Shown here in pieces: positions 28,882-37,940 of a DNA stretch of 64,000 nt. Every line of letters starts with the position of its first letter. Positions within the stretch are counted from its first letter, which is position 1. A model generated the notes under the pieces. That model did not search any database. It was not told where the DNA came from and was given only the letters and a program-made list of their open reading frames with translations. A program made the translations under genes and the position numbers. Source of the stretch: an uncultured Planctomycetaceae bacterium (GTDB lineage: Bacteria > Planctomycetota > Phycisphaerae > Sedimentisphaerales > UBA12454); the NCBI GenBank assembly GCA_964619675.1, contig CAZUEO010000009.1:139-64138 (forward strand), in the 5' to 3' direction.

Positions 28882-30948
28882 CTATTTATATACCAAACCG
28901 GGCTTGTAAACAAATTTTATATGATGCCGACCCTTATCGACAGCAACCGATTTGAATGTGCCAAAAAGCAATTCTATCTCCTTTTCTTCACCGTTAACAA
29001 ACGCCTTCCAATTATGGTCCCAGTTATCAATGAAACTAACATGTCCCGCCACAGGAGTTTCAATCTCCCATTCCAGTTCATCGCCGGTATATAATAACAG
29101 ATAACCCTGGTTTTTATAATGAAATGAATCCCTCAAAAAATCTATTATATTTTCATAAGAGATAGATTCAGAGAAAAATACTCTCCTTCTGCCTTTCACC
29201 CCAAACAGAATTTCCTGAGCCTGCAAATCATCGGAGTGCCCCTTTAAAAATTTTACATAACGGTCAAAATACCAGCTCGGCAATACGCTAACATTAAAGA
29301 CAGGGCCAAGAGAAATGGAATTTTTACGATTTATTCTCGAATAACTGAACGATGCCTGATTTATGGCATCAACATCAAGCTTTATGCGTTCTTTCATGAC
29401 CCTCCCCTCGTAAGTCCAACTATGAGTTCCAACAGGCCACATCTCGCAAACGCTGATGACTATCAGCAGAATAGTAACTACGCCCAATATTTTACTCGAT
29501 TCCAGGGTATATTTTTTACTAACGGCCAATATCAACAAAACGACAGCAAAGGCCGGAATTCCCAAATACACGAACCACACATTATATGGCCAGACATTCC
29601 GGAACCAGTCTTTCCACTGCGTATCATATACTTTATTCGAAAGCAGATAAAGCTGAGTACACAGAATTGCAATATAAATCATAGCCAGCGTTATAATCAT
29701 CCCGTATCTTTTATAGAAACTTTTGCCTGCTGGCCGTCCGGAACCAGAAATCAGACTTTCAAAATGATTAAAAGACAACGATAACAGCCAGGCCAGTATC
29801 GGCAAAAGAATAATACTCAATCTGCCCCAGACGCGAAGACTGGAAAAACCCGGCATATATTTCCATAAGAATATAAAAAGATACGAATATTTACCATAAC
29901 TTATGTAGCTTATTATTCCAATCCAGAGAACAAAAAATATTTTTACCGCCGGTTCCTTCGTAAAATTTGTAAACAAATATAAAAGAACTATTAACAAAGC
30001 CGTAATACTGAAAAAATACCAGCCTTCGGCTTCCGCAGCGGGCGGATAAACCAGCGAACCAATTGTATCAACAAGATTAAATAGATAGTAATCCGTCGAG
30101 TAATCAAAATCCCTGCCCGTTCGATCTGTTGTTTGAGACATCAGATTTTTAACACCTAATAAATACGGACCGCAAACAAGAGCCACTAATACCGCACAAA
30201 CAGCGAAAGTATAAATAACCTTTTTCCATTTGATTGAATCTATACCAAATAAGCGCAGGCGGAGCGGCTTAATAAGGAAAAGAAGGAAATACGGTACGAA
30301 TAAAAACTGGGAATAATAAACATAATACAGATATCCCGCCGTGCAAAAACAAACAAGTGAGACAACAAGAGTTATACCGCCCCAAAGACTGTCTTTAAAA
30401 GACTGACTTTTAAATATTCTTGTAATCGCATAGAGCACCCATGGATACCAGGCGGCTGTATGTACGGCGTTGGGAAATCTCAATATCTCTGTTATTTTAA
30501 AGCTCACCGAAATAATAATAGTACTAAGAATCACGGCTCTTGTATTTTTGTTAATCAACCGAAGCCATTTATAAATACCAAGAGCAAATATTGAAATGCC
30601 GATTATAGTAAAAAACTGATGGTTTATCGGATTGTAACCGCCGGATATTTTATACCACACAACCAGCGGCAGATTCAGGGGATAAAATACCTGAGCGAAC
30701 GGATTTATATAAAATGGGAAACCGGCGCCTTCGGAAGGAGACCAAAGGGGAAATTTAAGTTCAGCCAGACATGCAAGCAAATAGACTTTATAGTTATAGT
30801 ACAGCATAATAAAATCATTGCCTATGGCAGTATATTGACTGTTTATTGGCAGGATTAGACGAAACAAATATATTAGCGGCCAGAGAAAAATAAAAACGCC
30901 GACAGGGTATTTAAAACCGTTTGTTTGTCTACTCTTTTTATCTTTCAA
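28882..30948 (-). CDS. large polytopic membrane protein, YfhO/GT-C-like glycosyltransferase candidate
   Basis: 688 aa with many TM helices and a C-terminal beta-rich soluble domain. 4-nt overlap with the upstream GT2-MT gene. Confidence 0.45.
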   Translation of the reverse strand: MKDKKSRQTNGFKYPVGVFIFLWPLIYLFRLILPINSQYTAIGNDFIMLYYNYKVYLLACLAELKFPLWSPSEGAGFPFYINPFAQVFYPLNLPLVVWYKISGGYNPINHQFFTIIGISIFALGIYKWLRLINKNTRAVILSTIIISVSFKITEILRFPNAVHTAAWYPWVLYAITRIFKSQSFKDSLWGGITLVVSLVCFCTAGYLYYVYYSQFLFVPYFLLFLIKPLRLRLFGIDSIKWKKVIYTFAVCAVLVALVCGPYLLGVKNLMSQTTDRTGRDFDYSTDYYLFNLVDTIGSLVYPPAAEAEGWYFFSITALLIVLLYLFTNFTKEPAVKIFFVLWIGIISYISYGKYSYLFIFLWKYMPGFSSLRVWGRLSIILLPILAWLLSLSFNHFESLISGSGRPAGKSFYKRYGMIITLAMIYIAILCTQLYLLSNKVYDTQWKDWFRNVWPYNVWFVYLGIPAFAVVLLILAVSKKYTLESSKILGVVTILLIVISVCEMWPVGTHSWTYEGRVMKERIKLDVDAINQASFSYSRINRKNSISLGPVFNVSVLPSWYFDRYVKFLKGHSDDLQAQEILFGVKGRRRVFFSESISYENIIDFLRDSFHYKNQGYLLLYTGDELEWEIETPVAGHVSFIDNWDHNWKAFVNGEEKEIELLFGTFKSVAVDKGRHHIKFVYKPGLVYK

Positions 30949-32477
30949 TTCTGAATTTCCTGTATTTTTTTGTCCTTCGCTTTATAGGCATCATCAAGCA
31001 GATGTTCCAATGTCGGCAAGGGTCTTGCTATAACCGCAATTTGGTAGGAAAACAAAGTTCTTGAAAACAAAATTAAAATCTTATTAATCCAAAGCAAAAA
31101 ACGGGCAGATTTACCTTTCCCCACAGCCACCGGAAACGGTGCCGGAATGCCTTGTTTTTTTACGACCTCATACCCATGAATTTCCAGTGTTTTTACCAAC
31201 GAGTAAAATGTGAACAAACGCGTGTGGTCAAGGTCGAGAATGCCTCTCTTGCCGTAATTAAAGCTGCCGCAAAACAAACTTAACCTGACAGGCAAAAAGG
31301 CGACATTCGCTGTTGTTATGATTATAGTCGGCCTGTCTTTTGAGAATCTTTGTCGCATCACTTTCAGAAATTGCTCCAGCGACTTGAGATGTTCGATAAT
31401 ATCAAGAAGCAGTAAGTAATCGACTTTGCCGAAATCATCGTTAAAATCGTATTTTTCAATATCTGCTTCGATACTCCTGAAGGAATTTTCCTTCACCTGC
31501 GGCTGAATCTGTAAATCGATCGAGATGGTTTTTACTTTTTTATTTTTTAGCTCTTCTGCCATAAAGCCCGGCCCGCAGCCGATATCAATTACTGTTGATT
31601 GGGGCTTGATATTATCCAGTGCAAACTGCTGCGAGCTTGGATACCCAAATTTGCTTCGATAATGAGCGTTTGAATCCTGATAATAATCAAATTTGGGCTG
31701 ATAATACAACCCAAGTCTGTTTAAACGCGATTGTATACAGGATTTAATAATCCGAAACGCATATTTAATTCCGTTAACTCTGCAAATTTCATTTCCGTAG
31801 AAAGTAGGAATAGGAATTTCCTTTATTCTTTTTTTGGTATCTACGAGCTGGACTATGATGTCAGTATCAAAATCGAAATAGTTTGAATTGTATTCAAATG
31901 GAATTTCCGAAAGCGTTTTTACTCTGTAAGCCCGATAACCGCTGTGGAATTCCGACAATTGCGATTTTATAATCCTGTTCTGGATAAAAGTCAGAATCTG
32001 GTTGCCTATCCATTTATATAAAGGCATTTGACCTTTAAGGGCATCGACGCGGTTAATCATACGCGAACCAAAAACCGCATCTGCCTGGTTATTGATAATT
32101 GGTTCTATCATCTTGCCGAGATATTCAGGGGCATATTGTCCATCGCCGTGCAGCAAAACAACTGCATCGAAACCCTGCCGGACAGCGTAGCAATAGCCGA
32201 TTTTCTGATTGCCGCCATAGCCCTGGTTTTCGGGATTATACAGCACCGTAATGAGACGTTCAGGATTAAGCTTCGAGTATTCATAAGCCCTGTAAAAGGT
32301 CCGGTCGAAAGATTGGTCATCTATGATTAACGCCTCGCTGTAATAATTTTCATTTCCCCATATCTCCTTCCCGATGCGGTCAAGAACAGGCTCTATGGTG
32401 TGTTCTGCGTTATAACATACAATAAAAATCAGCACTTTCTTTTTTCCATTTATTTCCATTTTCGCCGCTTCCGTCAT
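30945..32477 (-). CDS. bifunctional GT2 glycosyltransferase (N-terminal) / SAM methyltransferase (C-terminal)
   Basis: GT2: VLIFIVCYNAE, IIDDQSFDRT, LLHGDGQY. MT: VIDIGCGPGFMAEEL, LLLLDIIEHL. Confidence 0.8.
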   Translation of the reverse strand: MTEAAKMEINGKKKVLIFIVCYNAEHTIEPVLDRIGKEIWGNENYYSEALIIDDQSFDRTFYRAYEYSKLNPERLITVLYNPENQGYGGNQKIGYCYAVRQGFDAVVLLHGDGQYAPEYLGKMIEPIINNQADAVFGSRMINRVDALKGQMPLYKWIGNQILTFIQNRIIKSQLSEFHSGYRAYRVKTLSEIPFEYNSNYFDFDTDIIVQLVDTKKRIKEIPIPTFYGNEICRVNGIKYAFRIIKSCIQSRLNRLGLYYQPKFDYYQDSNAHYRSKFGYPSSQQFALDNIKPQSTVIDIGCGPGFMAEELKNKKVKTISIDLQIQPQVKENSFRSIEADIEKYDFNDDFGKVDYLLLLDIIEHLKSLEQFLKVMRQRFSKDRPTIIITTANVAFLPVRLSLFCGSFNYGKRGILDLDHTRLFTFYSLVKTLEIHGYEVVKKQGIPAPFPVAVGKGKSARFLLWINKILILFSRTLFSYQIAVIARPLPTLEHLLDDAYKAKDKKIQEIQN

Positions 32478-33247
32478 TGTTTTTCCAGAACTACCGTTTC
32501 AAACATTCCAAGCCATTTGTTAAAGGGACGAAGACAAACTTCCAGAAGTTTCACAAAGCCGTACATAAACGCAGGGACCAATTGCCTGTAACTCAGTCCT
32601 CCGCTCAGTATATATCGCAAAGGCGTATGAAAACTGATATTTATAATCTTTAAGTTAGGAAACTGCGATTCAAATACTTTCCTGTCTCTCTCGAATATTA
32701 TCCAAGCCAGCGCTCCGTTTGCGTCGGATAGCGGCCCGGCTTTATCCATCTCCCAGCCTGCCGAAGTGTCGAACATTTCATGATGAAAGTTTTTATACAC
32801 AAATCTGCCCCACAGTGTATTGGCAGGCTCTATCATAACGATTTTGCCGCCGCTTTTAAGACATCTTTGCGCTTCAGCCAGAAAAACTGCCGGCCTTTTA
32901 ATGTGATGCAACACATCCATCATAAAAAACGCGTCAACACTGCCGCTTTCAAAAGACATCTCTTCTGCTGAAAATACCATATCCACATTGGCAAGCTTAA
33001 TAATATCAGAGGTTATCACAGCCGGTATGATTTCCTTTATAAACCCGCCTCCGCTGCCCAATTCAACCAGCTTTTCAGCTTTTGGGCCGATTGCTTCTTT
33101 GAAAATTTTATAAAAATCGGCATACAGCTCTCTCAGAAAAACTTTTTTCTTTATAATTTGCGAATGCAGCACCGTTGTCTGAGGGGCATCAAGATTTTTA
33201 ACTTCTTTTACCTCAGGCTGCCTCAGATATTCCAGCAAACTCATCAC
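32474..33247 (-). CDS. class I SAM-dependent methyltransferase
   Basis: LVELGSGGGFIKEI motif I, DAFFMMDVLHHI, LKSGGKIVMIEP. Confidence 0.8.
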   Translation of the reverse strand: MMSLLEYLRQPEVKEVKNLDAPQTTVLHSQIIKKKVFLRELYADFYKIFKEAIGPKAEKLVELGSGGGFIKEIIPAVITSDIIKLANVDMVFSAEEMSFESGSVDAFFMMDVLHHIKRPAVFLAEAQRCLKSGGKIVMIEPANTLWGRFVYKNFHHEMFDTSAGWEMDKAGPLSDANGALAWIIFERDRKVFESQFPNLKIINISFHTPLRYILSGGLSYRQLVPAFMYGFVKLLEVCLRPFNKWLGMFETVVLEKQ

Positions 33248-33248
33248 A

Positions 33249-34652
33249 TTAACCTTTGCCCAGCCACTTTATTTTTTTGAATGCTATCCAGCTCATCTTC
33301 AGCAAAAGCCAGCCGTGCTGGAATCTGCTGATATTTGTAGTTCCATAAGTTCTTGCCTTATAATTTACCGGAATTTCAACGACTTTGAGATTTTGTTTTA
33401 CCGCACCGAAAATCAGGTCGAAATCCCCGAAGGGGTCAAACTCACCGAAATAGGCACGGTTGGCGGCGATAAGCTCGTAATTCTTTTTGCTTATCATTTT
33501 AGTCCCGCACAGCGTGTCCTTGAATCTCTGGCCCAGAATCCAGGTAAATACGGCGCTGAAAAATTTATTTCCAAGCAGATTCAGGAATCTCATTGCCTCT
33601 TTTTCCATAGGATAAACCAATCTTGTACCGTTGATATACTCGCCTTTGCCCTGGCACAATGCCCTGAAAAATTTCGGTAAATCTTCAGGCGGCGCCGTCA
33701 AATCGGCATCCTGTATCACCAACACATCGCCGCCGGCCGCTGCAAAACCTTTTCTAACCGCATCGGCTTTGCCTTTTGCCTGACCCTGATGAATTAATTT
33801 GATATTCCTTTTGGGATGAAGCTTTATCTGCCTTTTTATTTCTTCCACAGTGCCATCGGTGCTATTGCCGTCAACAAAAACAATTTCCGTCTGGCGCCCC
33901 ATCTGAGGTATTCGTTTGATAGCGTCCTCGATATTGCCTCTTTCATTTCTGCACGGCACTATTACAGATACAGAAAGCTCATCTTCAGCTATGCCGGCAG
34001 CGGCAGCCCTTGCAATTATAAGATTTACTAGGTTCAGATGTCTTATACCAGGCAGCAGAGAAAGAAAATAATTGGAAATGGAAGTTATCGGCCAGATTCG
34101 CTTGGGAAGTAAAACATAAGAATCCTGCCTGATTACGTCAAAATCAGCGACATTCAGAAGATTAATTATATCGCTCTGAGCAAGCCAGTTCTGATACTTG
34201 CAGGGCCTTCTCAACCTCAAAAGAGAACCCAGCCTAAGCACAGACTCCCAAAGGTAATTGTAATATGTTACTATAATCCGCGTTTCAGCAGTTGTTGCCG
34301 AACGCATATTTTCAAAAACCTTTTGAATATCTCCCCAGTGTCCCAGCGAATTGCATATAATTATGTAATCGAATTTTTCATTTGTCTTAAACTCATGAGG
34401 GTCGGCAATCTGAAAATCAAGCTTTGGAAATCTCTTTCTCGCCAGCTCGATATTCCCTTTGTCAGGGTCTATTCCCAGCCCGTACGAAGGATTAACCCCT
34501 GCCAGCAAATCGCCGGTTTCGCAGCCGATATGCAAAATCCTGCTGCCGGGCCTTACTATAAATTTATGAATCTTTTCTATCCATCCGTAATAATAGAAAT
34601 TTCTCTTCCTCCATTTCAAAATACCGTTTATGTCGATTTTGTCTTCACTCAT
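33249..34652 (-). CDS. bifunctional SAM methyltransferase (N-terminal) / GT2 glycosyltransferase (C-terminal)
   Basis: MT: ILHIGCETGDLL, GIDPD, YIIICNSLGH. GT2: VSVIVPCRNERGNI, VFVDGNSTDGT, VIQDADLT. Confidence 0.8.
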   Translation of the reverse strand: MSEDKIDINGILKWRKRNFYYYGWIEKIHKFIVRPGSRILHIGCETGDLLAGVNPSYGLGIDPDKGNIELARKRFPKLDFQIADPHEFKTNEKFDYIIICNSLGHWGDIQKVFENMRSATTAETRIIVTYYNYLWESVLRLGSLLRLRRPCKYQNWLAQSDIINLLNVADFDVIRQDSYVLLPKRIWPITSISNYFLSLLPGIRHLNLVNLIIARAAAAGIAEDELSVSVIVPCRNERGNIEDAIKRIPQMGRQTEIVFVDGNSTDGTVEEIKRQIKLHPKRNIKLIHQGQAKGKADAVRKGFAAAGGDVLVIQDADLTAPPEDLPKFFRALCQGKGEYINGTRLVYPMEKEAMRFLNLLGNKFFSAVFTWILGQRFKDTLCGTKMISKKNYELIAANRAYFGEFDPFGDFDLIFGAVKQNLKVVEIPVNYKARTYGTTNISRFQHGWLLLKMSWIAFKKIKWLGKG

Positions 34653-34671
34653 CTGGCATTATCCTTTTCAG

Positions 34672-36801
34672 TTACCTGTTGAAGAAAACTCTTACAATAT
34701 CATTAAATGTAATTATTACAAACAAAGCTCCTATTATGGCAAGCCCGACGTAGGTAAGCCCCTCCTGCACCTTCGCATGCACCGGCGAGCCTTTGATTTT
34801 TTCAATTATCAGCATTACAACAAGTCCTCCATCGAGTATCGGCAGCGGCAGAAAATTCATAACTGCAAGGCAGGCGCTTATCAGGCCCATAAAATAAAAA
34901 TACACCATAAATTCACGCTCTGCGATAATCCTCGAACTGGCTGCTATCATACCAACAGGCCCCATAAGACCCTTGGGGCTTATAGTGCCGAGAATAAGGC
35001 CCTTAAGCGTGATATACGTCTGCACTATAAAGACCACTGTCTTTCGGCAGCCGAGTCTTACCGCGTCAAACGGCCCCGCCGCCTTATACAGCTTCTCCAA
35101 CGGTTTAAATGGAACGTTATCAGCCAGATATGACGATAGCCCGACAGCTTCATCTTTGGGCACTTTAAATACAACCTGACCAGTCTCATCAGCCTCTGCC
35201 ATACGACATTTCAGTTTTATCTGACTGCCCTTCGATGCTCTCATTACCCGGATAACATCATAAAAGTCCGAAATTTTTTCATTATTAATACTGATTATCT
35301 CTGCCCCTGTCGGAATTGCCGGCGGCTCATAGCCGTCGACTTTTATAGTCTTGGCAACAACACTATGTTCAATATCGAGTTCAGGCAGTATCCCAATGAC
35401 GAATCTATCGCCGTCCTTGACAGGCTTGACTTCTCCAGACACCCCGGCCCCGTCCCGCAGGACCGTTATCGGCATATACTTATCACCGTATTCACCTGTT
35501 AACGTACGAAGCTCAAGAAATGTCGGGTTATTTATCTCGGCGACTTTTACGATTATATCGCCGGCCAGCAGCTCAAATTCCGGTTTGACTTCCAACTTTA
35601 TAATGCCGAAACGGCCAAAAAGTATCTTCAACCTGTCCGTGAATGCAACCTTTTTTTCCGCAATAGCGGCTATCTTTAACCTCGGCACCATTGAATAGAT
35701 GCGTCCCAGATCACTGTCCGTCCGGACTTCAAAGTTTTCTGCAAGCGAAAGTGCCAGTTTAAAGCGCATCTGAACCGGCTCGGCCTGTCCCTGCCTTTGA
35801 ACCTCAACAGGAATCTCTTTTTTGAGGGCGTCTTTAACAATTTCTGCAAATTGCCAGTACTGTTCAACTTTTTTGCCGTCTGCCGCTACAATTTTATCGC
35901 CGGGCTTTAAACCCATACTCTCGAATAAAACGTTAGGCTCTGAAACCTTTGCTATTTCAAGCGTAGCCGGCTTATAAATGCCAAATTCCCGAATCCCCCT
36001 GTCTGAAGCCTCAGGTTTTATTTCCACATTCTCTACCGTACCGTCTCTGCGTTCGATCTTTAACCCGATGATTTTATTTCTGCCCGCAAGCGCCGCCGTC
36101 ATTGCGACATCTGCGAAATCAACATTTGTTTTACCGTTAACGGCTATTATTTTGTCTCCCGCCTTCAGGCCCGCCTTGTCAGCAGGCATACCCGGCACAA
36201 CACCGCCGACAATTGCCGGCGGCATCTTGATGCCTATCGTAAAAACCGCAATGAAAAGTGCTATCGCCACGATGACGTTGAAGGTTACGCCTGCAACCCC
36301 AACCACTATTCTTTTCCAGACAGGCTTGTTTAAAAATGAGCGAGGGTTATCGCTCGGCTTGTCTGCACCGACATCCTCCTGCCCGAGAAGTTTTACGAAA
36401 CCGCCTATCGGGAAAATCCTAAACTGATATTCCGTTTCGCCTGCTTTGCAGCGGGCGGGGATTTTGAAACATAAAAGGCCTCGATTATCAGGGTCATTGT
36501 CTTTGACAAGAATGGTCGGCAGGATTCGCACCTGTAAAAAATTCTCCAATTTTTTAACGCCCACAACAACCGGCCCGAACCCTATCGCAAAAGCCTCGAC
36601 ATTTATATCGCACAGCTTTCCAGCGATAAAATGCCCAAGCTCATGCAGAAATATCACAACACCAAGCCCTACAAGAGCAGATATTACATTTACAGCTCTT
36701 TCTGCATCTGACCAGACCCAGCGGACAAACAGTCCCGTCAATATCACAAGGATTGCGGCGTTTATAAAGTTTCGTTCTATTACGTTTTTCTTTTCAGACA
36801 T
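34672..36801 (-). CDS. rseP: RIP metalloprotease RseP (site-2 protease), extended multi-PDZ form
   Basis: HELGHF zinc motif in TM1 and C-terminal NFLPLPILDGG. Four PDZ-like GD segments (KAGDKIIAVNG, KPGDKIVAADG, LAGDIIVKV, TGAEIISINN). Confidence 0.85.
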   Translation of the reverse strand: MSEKKNVIERNFINAAILVILTGLFVRWVWSDAERAVNVISALVGLGVVIFLHELGHFIAGKLCDINVEAFAIGFGPVVVGVKKLENFLQVRILPTILVKDNDPDNRGLLCFKIPARCKAGETEYQFRIFPIGGFVKLLGQEDVGADKPSDNPRSFLNKPVWKRIVVGVAGVTFNVIVAIALFIAVFTIGIKMPPAIVGGVVPGMPADKAGLKAGDKIIAVNGKTNVDFADVAMTAALAGRNKIIGLKIERRDGTVENVEIKPEASDRGIREFGIYKPATLEIAKVSEPNVLFESMGLKPGDKIVAADGKKVEQYWQFAEIVKDALKKEIPVEVQRQGQAEPVQMRFKLALSLAENFEVRTDSDLGRIYSMVPRLKIAAIAEKKVAFTDRLKILFGRFGIIKLEVKPEFELLAGDIIVKVAEINNPTFLELRTLTGEYGDKYMPITVLRDGAGVSGEVKPVKDGDRFVIGILPELDIEHSVVAKTIKVDGYEPPAIPTGAEIISINNEKISDFYDVIRVMRASKGSQIKLKCRMAEADETGQVVFKVPKDEAVGLSSYLADNVPFKPLEKLYKAAGPFDAVRLGCRKTVVFIVQTYITLKGLILGTISPKGLMGPVGMIAASSRIIAEREFMVYFYFMGLISACLAVMNFLPLPILDGGLVVMLIIEKIKGSPVHAKVQEGLTYVGLAIIGALFVIITFNDIVRVFFNR

Positions 36802-37940
36802 TCCCTGACCTCATTTCTTGCCCAGTTATCGGCTGAAAGCAAATCCTTCAGCGTCGCATTTTTCTTTACTTTGTGCTTATTGAGACAATATTCAATAAGT
36901 TCGACAATATTAACAAATTTTATGTTTCCTTCCAGAAATTCTTTGACAGCCGCTTCATTGGCAGCATTAAAGACTGCCGCTGCCGTCCCGCCTGCACGTG
37001 CGGCCTCGTAACCGAGCTTCAGCGCCCTGAACACTTCCATATCCGGCTTTTCAAACGTCAGTTTCCCTGTTTGCTCCAGTTTTAGGTGCCCTGCTATTCC
37101 CTTTACCCTTTTCGGATATGTCAGAGCATATTGTATCGGCAGACACATATCCGGCGCAGACATCTGAGCAATTATTGAACCATCGACAAACTCGACCATC
37201 GAATGCACGATTGACTCGGGGTGTACAAGGACCTCGATTTTTTCCACCGGCACATCAAACAGCCATCTCGCCTCGATTACCTCCAGTGCCTTGTTCATCA
37301 TCGTTGCCGAGTCGATGGTAACTTTTTTGCCCATATTCCAGGTCGGATGCGCCAGTGCCTGCTCAACCGTTACATCTTTAATCTGCTCGGCGCTAAAGCC
37401 CCGCAGCGGCCCCCCGCTTGCCGTCAGGATGATTCTGTTTACTTCTCCTGCCTCTCCCGACCGCATAGCCTGAAAAATTGCCGAATGTTCGCTGTCAACC
37501 GGCAGCAGCCTGGCGTTATTTTCACGCGCAATTTTTGTCAAAAGTTCGCCTGCGACAACCAGCGGCTCTTTATTGGCGATGGCAATAGTTTTGCCTGCCT
37601 GTGCAGCCGACAAAACGGCCTCGAGCCCCGCTGCACCCACAATCGCCGCTATCACTATATCAACATCTCTATCTGATGCCGCAGCGCAGAGCCCCTTCTC
37701 GCCCGTGAGAATCTCAGTATTGACGCCCTGCAGCAAAGCCTTCAATTCGTCAAGTTTCCCGGTATTGGCAACTACTGCCATTTTCGGCCCAAATTTCCTG
37801 ACCTGCTCGGCAAGCAGCTTAACGTTACTACCCGCAGTAAGTGCGACAGCTTCGTAATCGCTGCCGAGCGATTCTATAACTCGCAGGGCATTTGTGCCGA
37901 TTGAGCCTGTCGAACCAAGTATTGCTATTCTCTTGGCCAT
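36780..37940 (-). CDS. dxr: 1-deoxy-D-xylulose 5-phosphate reductoisomerase
   Basis: ILGSTGSIGTN, LPVDSEHSAIFQ, HPTWNMG, VHPESIVHSMVEF. Confidence 0.95.
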   Translation of the reverse strand: MAKRIAILGSTGSIGTNALRVIESLGSDYEAVALTAGSNVKLLAEQVRKFGPKMAVVANTGKLDELKALLQGVNTEILTGEKGLCAAASDRDVDIVIAAIVGAAGLEAVLSAAQAGKTIAIANKEPLVVAGELLTKIARENNARLLPVDSEHSAIFQAMRSGEAGEVNRIILTASGGPLRGFSAEQIKDVTVEQALAHPTWNMGKKVTIDSATMMNKALEVIEARWLFDVPVEKIEVLVHPESIVHSMVEFVDGSIIAQMSAPDMCLPIQYALTYPKRVKGIAGHLKLEQTGKLTFEKPDMEVFRALKLGYEAARAGGTAAAVFNAANEAAVKEFLEGNIKFVNIVELIEYCLNKHKVKKNATLKDLLSADNWARNEVRECLKRKT

